Source: a bacterium (GTDB lineage: Bacteria; Eisenbacteria; RBG-16-71-46). Taken from it: a stretch of DNA of 24,842 bases. The notes beneath the pieces were generated by a model. That model did no database searches. It was given only the letters and a program-made list of their open reading frames with translations, and had not been told where the DNA came from. Shown here one piece after another: positions 1 to 7,262 of the stretch. The stretch lies in NCBI GenBank assembly GCA_043779265.1, contig JAYWEM010000071.1, positions 1-24,842 of the forward strand, given 5' to 3'. The stretch's first letter is position 1; every line of letters begins with the position of its first letter. The position numbers and the translations under genes were made by a program.

Positions 1-12
1 CACCCACTTCGG

Positions 13-270
13 CTATTCGCCGGAGCCCGCGGGTGCCCCTCGGATCAGGAGCGCCGCCGGAATGAAAACGCAATAGCCCGTCACCAACAGGACCGGGGCG
101 AGGGTGATGGACCCATTCGCCAGGGAGATGTAACCCGCTGCCAATGCGCCCACTCCGAGCACGAGCAGGGCGGAATTGAGCCCTCCCCACCGGAATCCGA
201 GATCCACCTCGGAGTGGCTTCCCTTGGGCTTGATCGACTTCGGGCGGGTGACACGGCTCGTCGTGTTCAT
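13..270 (-). CDS. Small two-TM membrane protein, DUF3098-like (85 aa)
   Basis: ATG at 270 preceded by GAGAGGA. Basic N-terminus, then two hydrophobic helices ending SITLAPVLLVTGYCVFIPAALL, which resembles DUF3098 (from recall). Confidence 0.65.
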   Translation of the reverse strand: MNTTSRVTRPKSIKPKGSHSEVDLGFRWGGLNSALLVLGVGALAAGYISLANGSITLAPVLLVTGYCVFIPAALLIRGAPAGSGE

Positions 271-304
271 GTCGTCCTCTCGCCTGCCGGAGGCGCCGGA
301 ACAC

Positions 305-355
305 GATAGCCGGAGACTCCGGCCGACGAGTCGTCGAACGGGATCACCGGCTATC
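305..355. other. Long imperfect hairpin in the leader of the small membrane gene
   Basis: GATAGCCGG (305-313) pairs with CCGGCTATC (347-355), extended by GA/TC, TCC/GGA and an inner CGACG/CGTCG stem. Confidence 0.45.
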
Positions 356-444
356 CGAAGAGCCTTCTCGAGGCCCGGGGCACGGTGGTCCCAGCGAGGA
401 CCTGATCGTGTGCCGCCGTCAACAACGGGGCGCACATGTTCTTA

Positions 445-592
445 CACTGCGACCCCTCGTGAGTTCCCGATGACATGGGTCAGTGGACCCGAATGTCCCG
501 CTCCCGAGAGGCGCACCGGAGTCCGGACGGCGCCCGATGCTCGAGGAGCAGGTGACGGAACCACAACCGATTGCAGCGAGGGTGGCCGAACC
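445..592 (-). ncRNA. Unassigned structured RNA candidate (rod plus three-way junction)
   Basis: Minus-strand pairings CGCUGC/GCAGUG, GUG/CAC, GUUCC/GGAAC, CCUGCUCC/GGAGCGGG, CGAG/CUCG, GCGC/GCGC, CCGG/CCGG and side hairpin GACAU..GGGUC/GACCC-AUGUC. Several mismatches resolve as G-U pairs only on the minus strand. Confidence 0.4.
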
Positions 593-600
593 GGAGGGCC

Positions 601-609
601 AGCCTAGCA
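601..609 (-). promoter_or_regulatory. Possible extended -10 element TG-C-TAGGCT
   Basis: TGnTAnnnT match just downstream of the mltG stop and directly upstream of the structured RNA candidate. Confidence 0.3.
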
Positions 610-627
610 TGCCCACCGCGAGTCGGC

Positions 628-1758
628 TCAGTGGGAGGACGAGTCCGCCGGAGGCGCTGGCTCGAGATCGGTCGGCGCGCCGCTCGCAGGACCGATGGAG
701 GCGAGGCTGTCGGCCGCTGCGGCCGCCGCGGCGCGCCGTGCCGCGAACACGCTGCGCAACGCGCGCGCGGCCTCGATGTTGGCCAGGTGCTCGGGGTAGG
801 TGCGCGCGAACAGATGCCGCCCGTCGCCCCTCGCCACGAAGTAGAGATCGCGCACGCCGGACTCGGCGAACACCGCCGCGTGGATGCTGGCTCGGCCCGG
901 GCTGCAGATCGGCCCGGGCGGCAGGCCGTCGTTGAGGTACGTGTTGTACGGGGACTCGAACTTGAGGTCCTTGAACGTGAGCCTCGAGCGAGGGCCACGG
1001 CCCAGCGCGAAGCCCACTGTCGGGTCCGCTTGGAGCCTCATGCCGATGGCGATGCGATTGAGATAGACGCGGGCGATGCGCGGCCGCTCATCATCGACCT
1101 GGGCCTCGGCCTCGACGATCGAGGCCAGCGTCAACAGCTCGTGCAATCCGAACCCGAACGGCAGCGAGTCGCAGCCCGCCGTCGCGCGGATCATCCGCTC
1201 TCTCGTGCGCGTCACCATGGTGCGCAGCACCATCTCGGGAGAGGTCCCGGGCAGCCATTCGTAGGAGTCCGGCGCCAACCAGCCCTCCATCGAGGGTGCG
1301 GTGATCCCCAACGAATCGAGGAACACGGGGTCGCGTGCGAGCGAATCGAGCATCGAGGCGGACATGCCGATCCGACGCTCGAGCAGTTCGGCGACCTCGC
1401 GGAGCGTCAGCCCCTCGGGCACGGTGACCAGGTCGAGGCCGTACATGCCGCGCTCGAGCGCGCGCAACAGTGCCGGGACGGTGGTGCCGAGCACGAAACT
1501 GTACTGCCCGGCCTTGATCCGCCGGTCGAGCCGCATGACCCGGGCGAGCGCCAGGAAGCCGACGCTCGAGCGGATGACGCCCTGGCGCTGCAGCTCGAGC
1601 GCGATCGACTGCAGGGATTGGCCGCGCTCGACGATCAACGTCCGCCGCTCGGCCGGGGGGAAGAACCCGCAGGGCAGCAGCAGGTCGTAGGCTGGCACGA
1701 GAACCGCGGCCAGCAGCAGCAGCCAGGCCCAGCGCAACGGCCGGAACGGCCGGCTCAT
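628..1758 (-). CDS. mltG: Endolytic transglycosylase MltG (YceG)
   Basis: N-terminal TM; IKAGQY, VTVPEG, EGWLAPDSY, LASIVEAEA (catalytic Glu), LQADPT and SPYNTY..GLPPGPICSPG motifs. Confidence 0.95.
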   Translation of the reverse strand: MSRPFRPLRWAWLLLLAAVLVPAYDLLLPCGFFPPAERRTLIVERGQSLQSIALELQRQGVIRSSVGFLALARVMRLDRRIKAGQYSFVLGTTVPALLRALERGMYGLDLVTVPEGLTLREVAELLERRIGMSASMLDSLARDPVFLDSLGITAPSMEGWLAPDSYEWLPGTSPEMVLRTMVTRTRERMIRATAGCDSLPFGFGLHELLTLASIVEAEAQVDDERPRIARVYLNRIAIGMRLQADPTVGFALGRGPRSRLTFKDLKFESPYNTYLNDGLPPGPICSPGRASIHAAVFAESGVRDLYFVARGDGRHLFARTYPEHLANIEAARALRSVFAARRAAAAAAADSLASIGPASGAPTDLEPAPPADSSSH

Positions 1759-2225
1759 GCCCCATCCTCGCTTTCGAGGCGTCGGTCCGGGCTCGGGCGG
1801 GGGTGCTTGCGTGCGGCCTCACGCGCCAGCCAGTCCTCCAGCAGTGCGATCGCCGCGCCCTGGTCGACGCGGCCCTTGTCACGCCGCCTGCGGCCGGGCC
1901 TCTCGGCGATCCGGCTCTCGGCCAGCGACGACGTGAAGCGCTCGTCGAGCAGTTCGACCGGAACGCTGCAGGCCGCTCGCAGCGCCGCGGCGAAGCGCTC
2001 GGCCGCGATCGCCGAGTCGCCACGATCGCCCGAGAGCTGCAGCGGCCAGCCAACGACGATGTGCTCGGCCTCCTCACGCTCGGCCGCGCGGGTCACCTGC
2101 TCGACGGCATCGGCGAGGCTGCGGACCAGCAGCGTCGGACGGCCACTCGCCAGCATCTGGAGCGGATCGCACACCGCGATGCCCATGCGGCGCTCCCCCC
2201 AATCGACGGCGAGGACCACACCCAC
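1755..2225 (-). CDS. ruvX: YqgF/RuvX pre-16S rRNA nuclease, resolvase-like
   Basis: LAVDWGERRMGIAVCD, IVVGWP, DERFTS and VDQGAAIALLE motifs; ATGA overlap with mltG. Confidence 0.93.
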   Translation of the reverse strand: MGVVLAVDWGERRMGIAVCDPLQMLASGRPTLLVRSLADAVEQVTRAAEREEAEHIVVGWPLQLSGDRGDSAIAAERFAAALRAACSVPVELLDERFTSSLAESRIAERPGRRRRDKGRVDQGAAIALLEDWLAREAARKHPRPSPDRRLESEDGA

Positions 2226-2235
2226 TTGCCGGACC

Positions 2236-2691
2236 TCAACCTTCCGCAGCTTGGCTCTGATCCGCCGGCCGGTGCTTGACCAGGTGGCAGGTGGTGCCGT
2301 CCGCGTCGAACTTGAACGTCACCTCATCGCAACACGAACGCATGATGAAGATGCCGCGGCCGCGCATGTCGAACAGGTGATCGGGCGTCGTCACGTCGGG
2401 CGTGATGCGGCTGAGGTCGAATCCCTTGCCCTCGTCGCGGACGATCACTTCGAGCCGGTCGGGGTAGAGATGGAAGTTCACGTCGAACGACTTGTGCGGG
2501 TCCCGATTGTGACCATGCTGAACCGCATTGGTCCCGGCCTCGATCACGGACATGCTCACCTGCGAGGCGGTGTCCTCGTCGAAGTCCATGCGCTCACAGA
2601 CCGTCAGGGCGACCCGGTCGAGCACCGCGAGCAGTTCGAGGCGGCTGGGCAGCCGCAGGGTGATGACCTCTGGGATGGGCGCGTCTGCCAT
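2236..2691 (-). CDS. RsbW/SpoIIAB-like anti-sigma factor Ser/Thr kinase (HATPase_c_2)
   Basis: N box EAGTNAVQHG, G1 box DEGKGFD, G2 box GRGIFIM; 151 aa standalone domain. Confidence 0.85.
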   Translation of the reverse strand: MADAPIPEVITLRLPSRLELLAVLDRVALTVCERMDFDEDTASQVSMSVIEAGTNAVQHGHNRDPHKSFDVNFHLYPDRLEVIVRDEGKGFDLSRITPDVTTPDHLFDMRGRGIFIMRSCCDEVTFKFDADGTTCHLVKHRPADQSQAAEG

Positions 2692-2697
2692 GTCGCT

Positions 2698-3678
2698 CTA
2701 TCGATGGAGGTGGGGAAACGCCCGCAGCAGCTCGAGCGCTTGCGCGAAGTCGTCCGGGAGCGGTGTTTCGAACGAGAGGGGCTCCAAAGTATCCGGATGC
2801 TGGAACTCCAATCGGACTGCATGAAGCGCCTGTCGGGTCATCACCCGAAGCAGAGCGACCGCGAGGCTACGCTCCGCGGGCCTGAGGCTCAACGTCTTTC
2901 TGACGCGGCCACCATACGTCGGGTCACCCAGCACCGGGTGCCGCAGGGCCGCCAGGTGGACCCGGATCTGGTGCGTGCGGCCGGTTTCCAACTCGAGTTC
3001 GAGCAGACTGGCGGGGCCGAAACGTTCGAGGACGCGCCAGCGTGTGCGCGCCGGGCGTCCCGTGCCCTGCACGACGGCCATGCGGGTGCGGGTGCGCGGG
3101 TCGCGGCCGATCGGCAGATCGATCACGCCGGAATCGGGCCCCGGGTCGCCCCAGACGATCGCCCGATACGTGCGCCGAACGGTTCGCTCGCGCAACGCCT
3201 CGACCAGCGCGAGGTAGGCGGTCTCGGTCTTGGCGACCACCATCAGTCCCGTGGTGTCGCGATCGAGCCGATGCACGATGCCGGGCCGTCCCTCGCCACC
3301 GACCTGCCCGATCGAAGGCGCGTGGTGGAGCAGCGCATGGACCAACGTGCCCGTCTGGACTCCCGCGCCCGGATGCACGACGAGTCCCGCCGGCTTCTCG
3401 AGCACGAGCAGCGCGTCGTCCTCATGGACGATCGAGAGCGGCAGGTCCTCGGCGACGAGGCGCGTTCGACGGCGGTCCGGGACCTCGACGCTGACTCGAT
3501 CGCCCGAGCGGAGCTTGAGCGACTGCCGCGCCGACTTGCCGTTGACGCACACCCGCCCCTCGTCGATCAGGCCCTGGAGCCGATTACGCGAGAGGCCGAT
3601 CCGCTCCCGGGCCAGCCAGCGGTCCACTCGCTGACCCGCTTGTTCCGGCGGGACCGTCAGTTCCAGGGTGCGTGTCAT
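2698..3678 (-). CDS. rluD: 23S rRNA pseudouridine synthase, RluA/RluD family with S4 domain
   Basis: S4 RVDRWL..SRNRLQGLI, KPAGLVVHP, GIVHRLDRDTTG (catalytic Asp), TGRTHQIRVH, QALHA. ATG at 3678 with GGAG upstream. Confidence 0.92.
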   Translation of the reverse strand: MTRTLELTVPPEQAGQRVDRWLARERIGLSRNRLQGLIDEGRVCVNGKSARQSLKLRSGDRVSVEVPDRRRTRLVAEDLPLSIVHEDDALLVLEKPAGLVVHPGAGVQTGTLVHALLHHAPSIGQVGGEGRPGIVHRLDRDTTGLMVVAKTETAYLALVEALRERTVRRTYRAIVWGDPGPDSGVIDLPIGRDPRTRTRMAVVQGTGRPARTRWRVLERFGPASLLELELETGRTHQIRVHLAALRHPVLGDPTYGGRVRKTLSLRPAERSLAVALLRVMTRQALHAVRLEFQHPDTLEPLSFETPLPDDFAQALELLRAFPHLHR

Positions 3679-4183
3679 GAGCAGGTGACTCCGGAGCCGG
3701 GTGCGCCGCAAGCGGCGTCGGCTCGTGACCATCGCGCGTCCAGACGAGCGCGAACAGGGCGACGCCCGTGGTCACGCAGATGTCGGCGACGTTGAAGACG
3801 GGGAACTCGTACCGGCCCCATGTGAGCAGGATGAAATCGACGACCTCGCCCGTCGCGAGACGGTCGATCAGATTGCCGATGGCACCGCCGAGGATGAACG
3901 CGAGCGACAGATGCCGCCAGTGCGTCAGGTCCTTGGCACGGAGGAACAGCACGAGCACGGCGATCGCCGCGATGATCGAGAAGATGTAGAACGGGAAGCT
4001 CTGCCCGGCGAACAGCCCGAACGCGATGCCCGAGTTCCGGGTGTAGGTGAGCTGGACGAAGTCGCCGATCACCCGGATGGGCTCGGCGTACGCGAGCTTC
4101 CCCGAGGCCCAGTGCTTCGTCCACTGGTCCACCGCGACACACACGGCCGAGACCCCGATCAGGAGCGGGAACGAGCGCTTCAC
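3584..4183 (-). CDS. lspA: Lipoprotein signal peptidase II
   Basis: DQWTK, NSGIAFG, GGAIGNLIDR, VVDFI and FNVAD motifs; GTGA overlap with the upstream gene; long polar C-terminal tail. Confidence 0.95.
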   Translation of the reverse strand: MKRSFPLLIGVSAVCVAVDQWTKHWASGKLAYAEPIRVIGDFVQLTYTRNSGIAFGLFAGQSFPFYIFSIIAAIAVLVLFLRAKDLTHWRHLSLAFILGGAIGNLIDRLATGEVVDFILLTWGRYEFPVFNVADICVTTGVALFALVWTRDGHEPTPLAAHPAPESPAHDTHPGTDGPAGTSGSASGPLAGPGADRPLA

Positions 4184-5238
4184 TCGGCCTCAGCCGCCGC
4201 CTTCGCCCCCGTGCGCTGCTTGCGTTCGAGCTTCTCCTGCTCGGCGATCGTGTAACGCGCCCACGGCAGCGCTTCGAGCCGCGCCCGCAGGATCGGCACG
4301 CCGCTCGCCTCGCAGATCCCGAACACGCCGGCATAGAGACGCTTCAGAGCCTGTCGCACTTCGACCAGCAGTCGGCCCTCTTTGGAGGCGATGTCGAAGC
4401 TGATCTCGCGCTCCATCGAGTCGGTGCCGGCATCGGCCATGTGCGAGGAGTAGCCGGAGAGCTCGTTGGCCGAGTCGCGCGGGTTGACCTTGAGGACGGT
4501 GTTCTCGATGTGTCCCATCTCGCCCATGATGCGCGCGTGCTCGAACTGCAGTCGGCGCTCGAAATGCTCGAGTTCCTTCTTGGTGAGCTTGCCCTCGGCG
4601 GGCGCGGCCGGGGCCGCCTTGGGAGCAGGCTCGGGACGCCGGACGAGCACGGCGCGCACGGTGCTCGCGATCTTCGGACGCTGCTGACTCTCGGGCGGCA
4701 GCACGCCGAGCGGGATGATCGGTGCGGGAGGCCGCGTGCTCGCCCTGACCTTGCGACCGGTCGCGGAGGTGCGCTCGGGGGCCTGGGGACGCGTGGCGCC
4801 GGGCGTACTCGGCACCAGACGACTCACCAGCTTGCCGCTGAACACGGGAGGCTTGGCGGCGCTCGCAGGCGAGCCCTTCACGGCCGGCTTGCCCACCACC
4901 TTCGGCGCGAGCTTGCCCTTCACCGCGGGCTTGCCCACCACCTTCGGCACGGCGTTGGCCTTCACGGCCGGCTTGCCCACCACCTTCGGCGCGGCCTTGC
5001 CCTTCACGGCCGGCTTGCCCACGACCTTCTTGGCGACCGGCTTGGTCGCCTTGGCCTTGGATGAAGCCGCGGGCTTGGCAGCGGCCTTCTGCTTCGTCTT
5101 CGCGAGCGTGGCCTTCTTGGCCGGCTTCGCCTTGGCCTTGGCCTTGGCCTTGGCCTTCGCAGGCTTGGCGGCCTTCTTCGCAGGCTTGGACTTGGGCTTG
5201 GGCTTCTTCACCGACTTCTTCTTCGACGCGGTCGCCAT
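4180..5238 (-). CDS. TraR/DksA family regulator with long Lys/Ala/Pro-rich N-terminal extension (352 aa)
   Basis: GGAGG SD before ATG 5238. C-terminal coiled coil with SHMADAGTDSMERE and ALKRL..GVFGICEASG.PI..ARLEALPWARY. Confidence 0.88.
   Translation of the reverse strand: MATASKKKSVKKPKPKSKPAKKAAKPAKAKAKAKAKAKPAKKATLAKTKQKAAAKPAASSKAKATKPVAKKVVGKPAVKGKAAPKVVGKPAVKANAVPKVVGKPAVKGKLAPKVVGKPAVKGSPASAAKPPVFSGKLVSRLVPSTPGATRPQAPERTSATGRKVRASTRPPAPIIPLGVLPPESQQRPKIASTVRAVLVRRPEPAPKAAPAAPAEGKLTKKELEHFERRLQFEHARIMGEMGHIENTVLKVNPRDSANELSGYSSHMADAGTDSMEREISFDIASKEGRLLVEVRQALKRLYAGVFGICEASGVPILRARLEALPWARYTIAEQEKLERKQRTGAKAAAEAE
4874..5029. repeat. 42-bp tandem repeat, about 3.7 copies (14-aa unit KVVGKPAVKxxxxP)
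   Basis: Units start at 4874, 4916, 4958 and 5000 with core ccttcacggccggcttgcccaccaccttc. Confidence 0.92.
5131..5154. repeat. (CTTGGC)4 hexamer repeat encoding Ala-Lys runs
   Basis: Four perfect copies flanked by CTTCGC variants. Confidence 0.85.
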
Positions 5239-5280
5239 CGAGTACACCTCCCCTTCGGCCATTCCCATCGGGACGGCCCG

Positions 5281-6114
5281 TTACTTCGCCTCATCCAGCC
5301 GACGCACGACCTCGGTGACGAGGCGCGTGAGCGTCGGCGCCGTGCGACCCGCCACCGCGAGCACGGCGGCGATATCCACCGGGTGCAGCGCATCCGGGAG
5401 ACAGGCATCCGTGACGACATTGAATGCGAGCACACGCTGCCCGCCGTGGATCGCGACGATGTTCTCCGGCACCAGCGACATGCCGACCACATCCGCTCCG
5501 ATCGCGCGCAGGAAGCGATACTCGGCCGCGGTCTCGAGATTGGGCCCGGCCACGGCCACGAACACACCGCGCGTCAGCGCGATGCGTTCCTCGAGCGCCA
5601 CCCGCTCGGCGAGTGCCACGAGCGGCCGCGAATAGGGCTCGCTCATGTCGGGGAATCGCACTCCGAGCGCATCATCATTGGGTCCGATGAGCGGGTTGGC
5701 GCCCATCAGATTGATATGGTCCGTCGTCACCACGATGGATCCGGGCGCCAGATCCGGGGACATGCCGCCGCAGGCGTTGGTGATCACCAGGGTGTGGCAG
5801 CCGAGCGCCTTGAGGACGCGCACCGGAAAGCCCACCTGGGCCATGTCGTAGCCCTCGTAGAAGTGGACACGCCCCTTCATGACGGCGACGGGTCGGCCGG
5901 CGAGCCGGCCGATGTGCAACTCACCCGCATGACTCTCGACCGTCGAGTGTGGGAAGTGCGGAATCTCGCCGTAGGGCACCACGACATCGGTATCGAGTGA
6001 CGAGGCGAAGTCGCCGAGCCCGGTGCCGAGGATCACGCCCACTTCGGGCACGACGCGTGTCTTCGCGCGCACCGCCTGGGCTGCCTCGTCGATCTTCTTG
6101 CGGAGCTCGATCAC
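5281..6114 (-). CDS. punA: Purine nucleoside phosphorylase I (trimeric PunA/XapA type)
   Basis: ILGTGLG, STVESHAG, GRVHFYEG, TNACGG, DHIN, GPNLETAAE and GADVVGMS motifs. Confidence 0.93.
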   Translation of the reverse strand: MIELRKKIDEAAQAVRAKTRVVPEVGVILGTGLGDFASSLDTDVVVPYGEIPHFPHSTVESHAGELHIGRLAGRPVAVMKGRVHFYEGYDMAQVGFPVRVLKALGCHTLVITNACGGMSPDLAPGSIVVTTDHINLMGANPLIGPNDDALGVRFPDMSEPYSRPLVALAERVALEERIALTRGVFVAVAGPNLETAAEYRFLRAIGADVVGMSLVPENIVAIHGGQRVLAFNVVTDACLPDALHPVDIAAVLAVAGRTAPTLTRLVTEVVRRLDEAK

Positions 6115-6163
6115 GTCATCCTCTCCCCATCACCCTGCACCAGTCGCCCGGCGAGCCGCTCCC

Positions 6164-6466
6164 TCATCGCATCCGGAACGCCATGTCGTGCAGCGTCGGC
6201 ACGAGGAATCCCCGGCCCGCGAACTGCAGGATGACCATGACGATGAGCGGTGCGAAGTCCATTCCACCGAACGTGGTCGGGAACGCCCGACGCAGCGGAT
6301 CGCAGACGAACCCCGAGATGCGCTCGAGCACGTCCGAGATCGGATTGCCGCGCGCGTTCGGGAACCACGACAGGATGGCGTTGACGAGCAGCACGAGCAT
6401 CAGCGCCTGGAACGAGAAGTCGAGCAGATTGGCCAACATGCCGAGCAGGTTGCCGATCACGAACAT
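6164..6466 (-). CDS. yggT: YggT family membrane protein
   Basis: AILSWFP..NPI..L..I....CDPLRR..P...GGMDFAP; GGAGG SD before ATG 6466; follows yggS. Confidence 0.88.
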   Translation of the reverse strand: MFVIGNLLGMLANLLDFSFQALMLVLLVNAILSWFPNARGNPISDVLERISGFVCDPLRRAFPTTFGGMDFAPLIVMVILQFAGRGFLVPTLHDMAFRMR

Positions 6467-6481
6467 GCCCACCCTCCTCTC

Positions 6482-7186
6482 TTAGCGTGCGGCCGGCGGA
6501 CGCGAGCCGAAGATCGCGCTGCCGACGCGCACCAGTGTGGCGCCTTCCTCGACGGCGACCTCGAAGTCGCCGCTCATTCCCATCGACAACTCGGCCAGCG
6601 GCAGACCGATCCGCCCGGCGAGCGCGTCCCGCACGTCTCGAAGTCGGGCGAAACCCGGCCGCGCGTCCTCCGCGCGTTCGACTGGCGCTCCGACGGTCAT
6701 CAGACCCCGCAGCTCGAGATGGGGCATCACCCGCATCCGGTCGGCCAGCGACGCGAGCCCCTCGGGCGCGACGCCGAACTTGCTGGCCTCCCCACTGACG
6801 TTGACCTCGATGAGCACCGGAAGCACCCGGCTCACTGCCTCAGCCCTGCGATCCAGCGTCCCAGCCACATCGGCGTCATCGACGCCATGCACTAAGTCGA
6901 AGAGCGACAGTGCCTTACCAGCCTTATTCCGTTGCAGGTGGCCGATCATGTGCCACCTCGCTGCATGCCTCGCGACCCCGAGCTGATGGGCCTCGGCCTC
7001 CTGGACCCGGTTCTCACCGAGGTCCGTCAGGCCCAGCCCCACCGCTTCCGCCACGATCTCGGTCGGCAGCGTCTTGATGACACCGATGAGCGTGACCTCC
7101 CCCGGGGCGCGGCCGGACCGCTGAGCCGAGGCGGCGAGCCGGCCTCGCACCTCAGCCAGACGGTCACGAAGCGAGAAGGGGTTCAC
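6482..7186 (-). CDS. yggS: PLP homeostasis protein YggS/PROSC
   Basis: VIKT (PLP Lys), GENRVQEA, WHMIGHLQRNK, LSMGMSGDFEVAVEEGATLVRVGSAIFG. GTG 7186 chosen as start. Confidence 0.93.
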   Translation of the reverse strand: MNPFSLRDRLAEVRGRLAASAQRSGRAPGEVTLIGVIKTLPTEIVAEAVGLGLTDLGENRVQEAEAHQLGVARHAARWHMIGHLQRNKAGKALSLFDLVHGVDDADVAGTLDRRAEAVSRVLPVLIEVNVSGEASKFGVAPEGLASLADRMRVMPHLELRGLMTVGAPVERAEDARPGFARLRDVRDALAGRIGLPLAELSMGMSGDFEVAVEEGATLVRVGSAIFGSRPPAAR

Positions 7187-7196
7187 GGGACGCGGC

Positions 7197-7225
7197 AGGG
7201 TAGTCGCGAGGGCCCTGCGGTTCAA
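7197..7225 (-). promoter_or_regulatory. Sigma70-type promoter for the yggS operon
   Basis: TTGAAC (7225-7220), 17-nt spacer, TACCCT (7202-7197). Confidence 0.55.
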
Positions 7226-7262
7226 GCGGGAAGCCCGGATCGGCCTGGGCCCCGCCCCCGGC

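Noticed and set aside
1..12. Possible GTG start of the next minus-strand gene at the left edge
   Set aside because: Too little sequence to support a call.
445..592. Assignment as cobalamin or glycine riboswitch, SRP RNA or RNase P RNA
   Set aside because: Only fragments (CCACUG..GGGAA, GGAGCA) match; the core consensus elements and their order are missing.
1449..1462. Many CTCGAG-centred palindromes such as CGCGCTCGAGCGCG
   Set aside because: Explained by Leu-Glu (CTC GAG) codon pairs and the high TCGA frequency throughout the window.
571..3795. 1074-aa plus-strand ORF and other long antisense ORFs (8708-10501, 10105-11598, 11406-13874, 13914-15383)
   Set aside because: Shadows of well-supported minus-strand genes, caused by stop-codon scarcity in GC-rich DNA; no recognisable motifs.
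4874..5029. 42-bp periodic repeats as a CRISPR array
   Set aside because: In-frame coding repeats with only about 10 variable nt between cores; no cas genes or leader.
4715..5635. Hydrophobic repeat ORF (AGLPTTFG repeats) resembling a membrane protein
   Set aside because: Exact antisense of the Lys/Ala-rich DksA tail, which has a strong SD and a real domain.
7226..7262. TTCCCGC as a duplicated tmRNA 3' end (att site) bounding the pyrimidine operon
   Set aside because: Only a 7-nt match, expected by chance, and no integrase.
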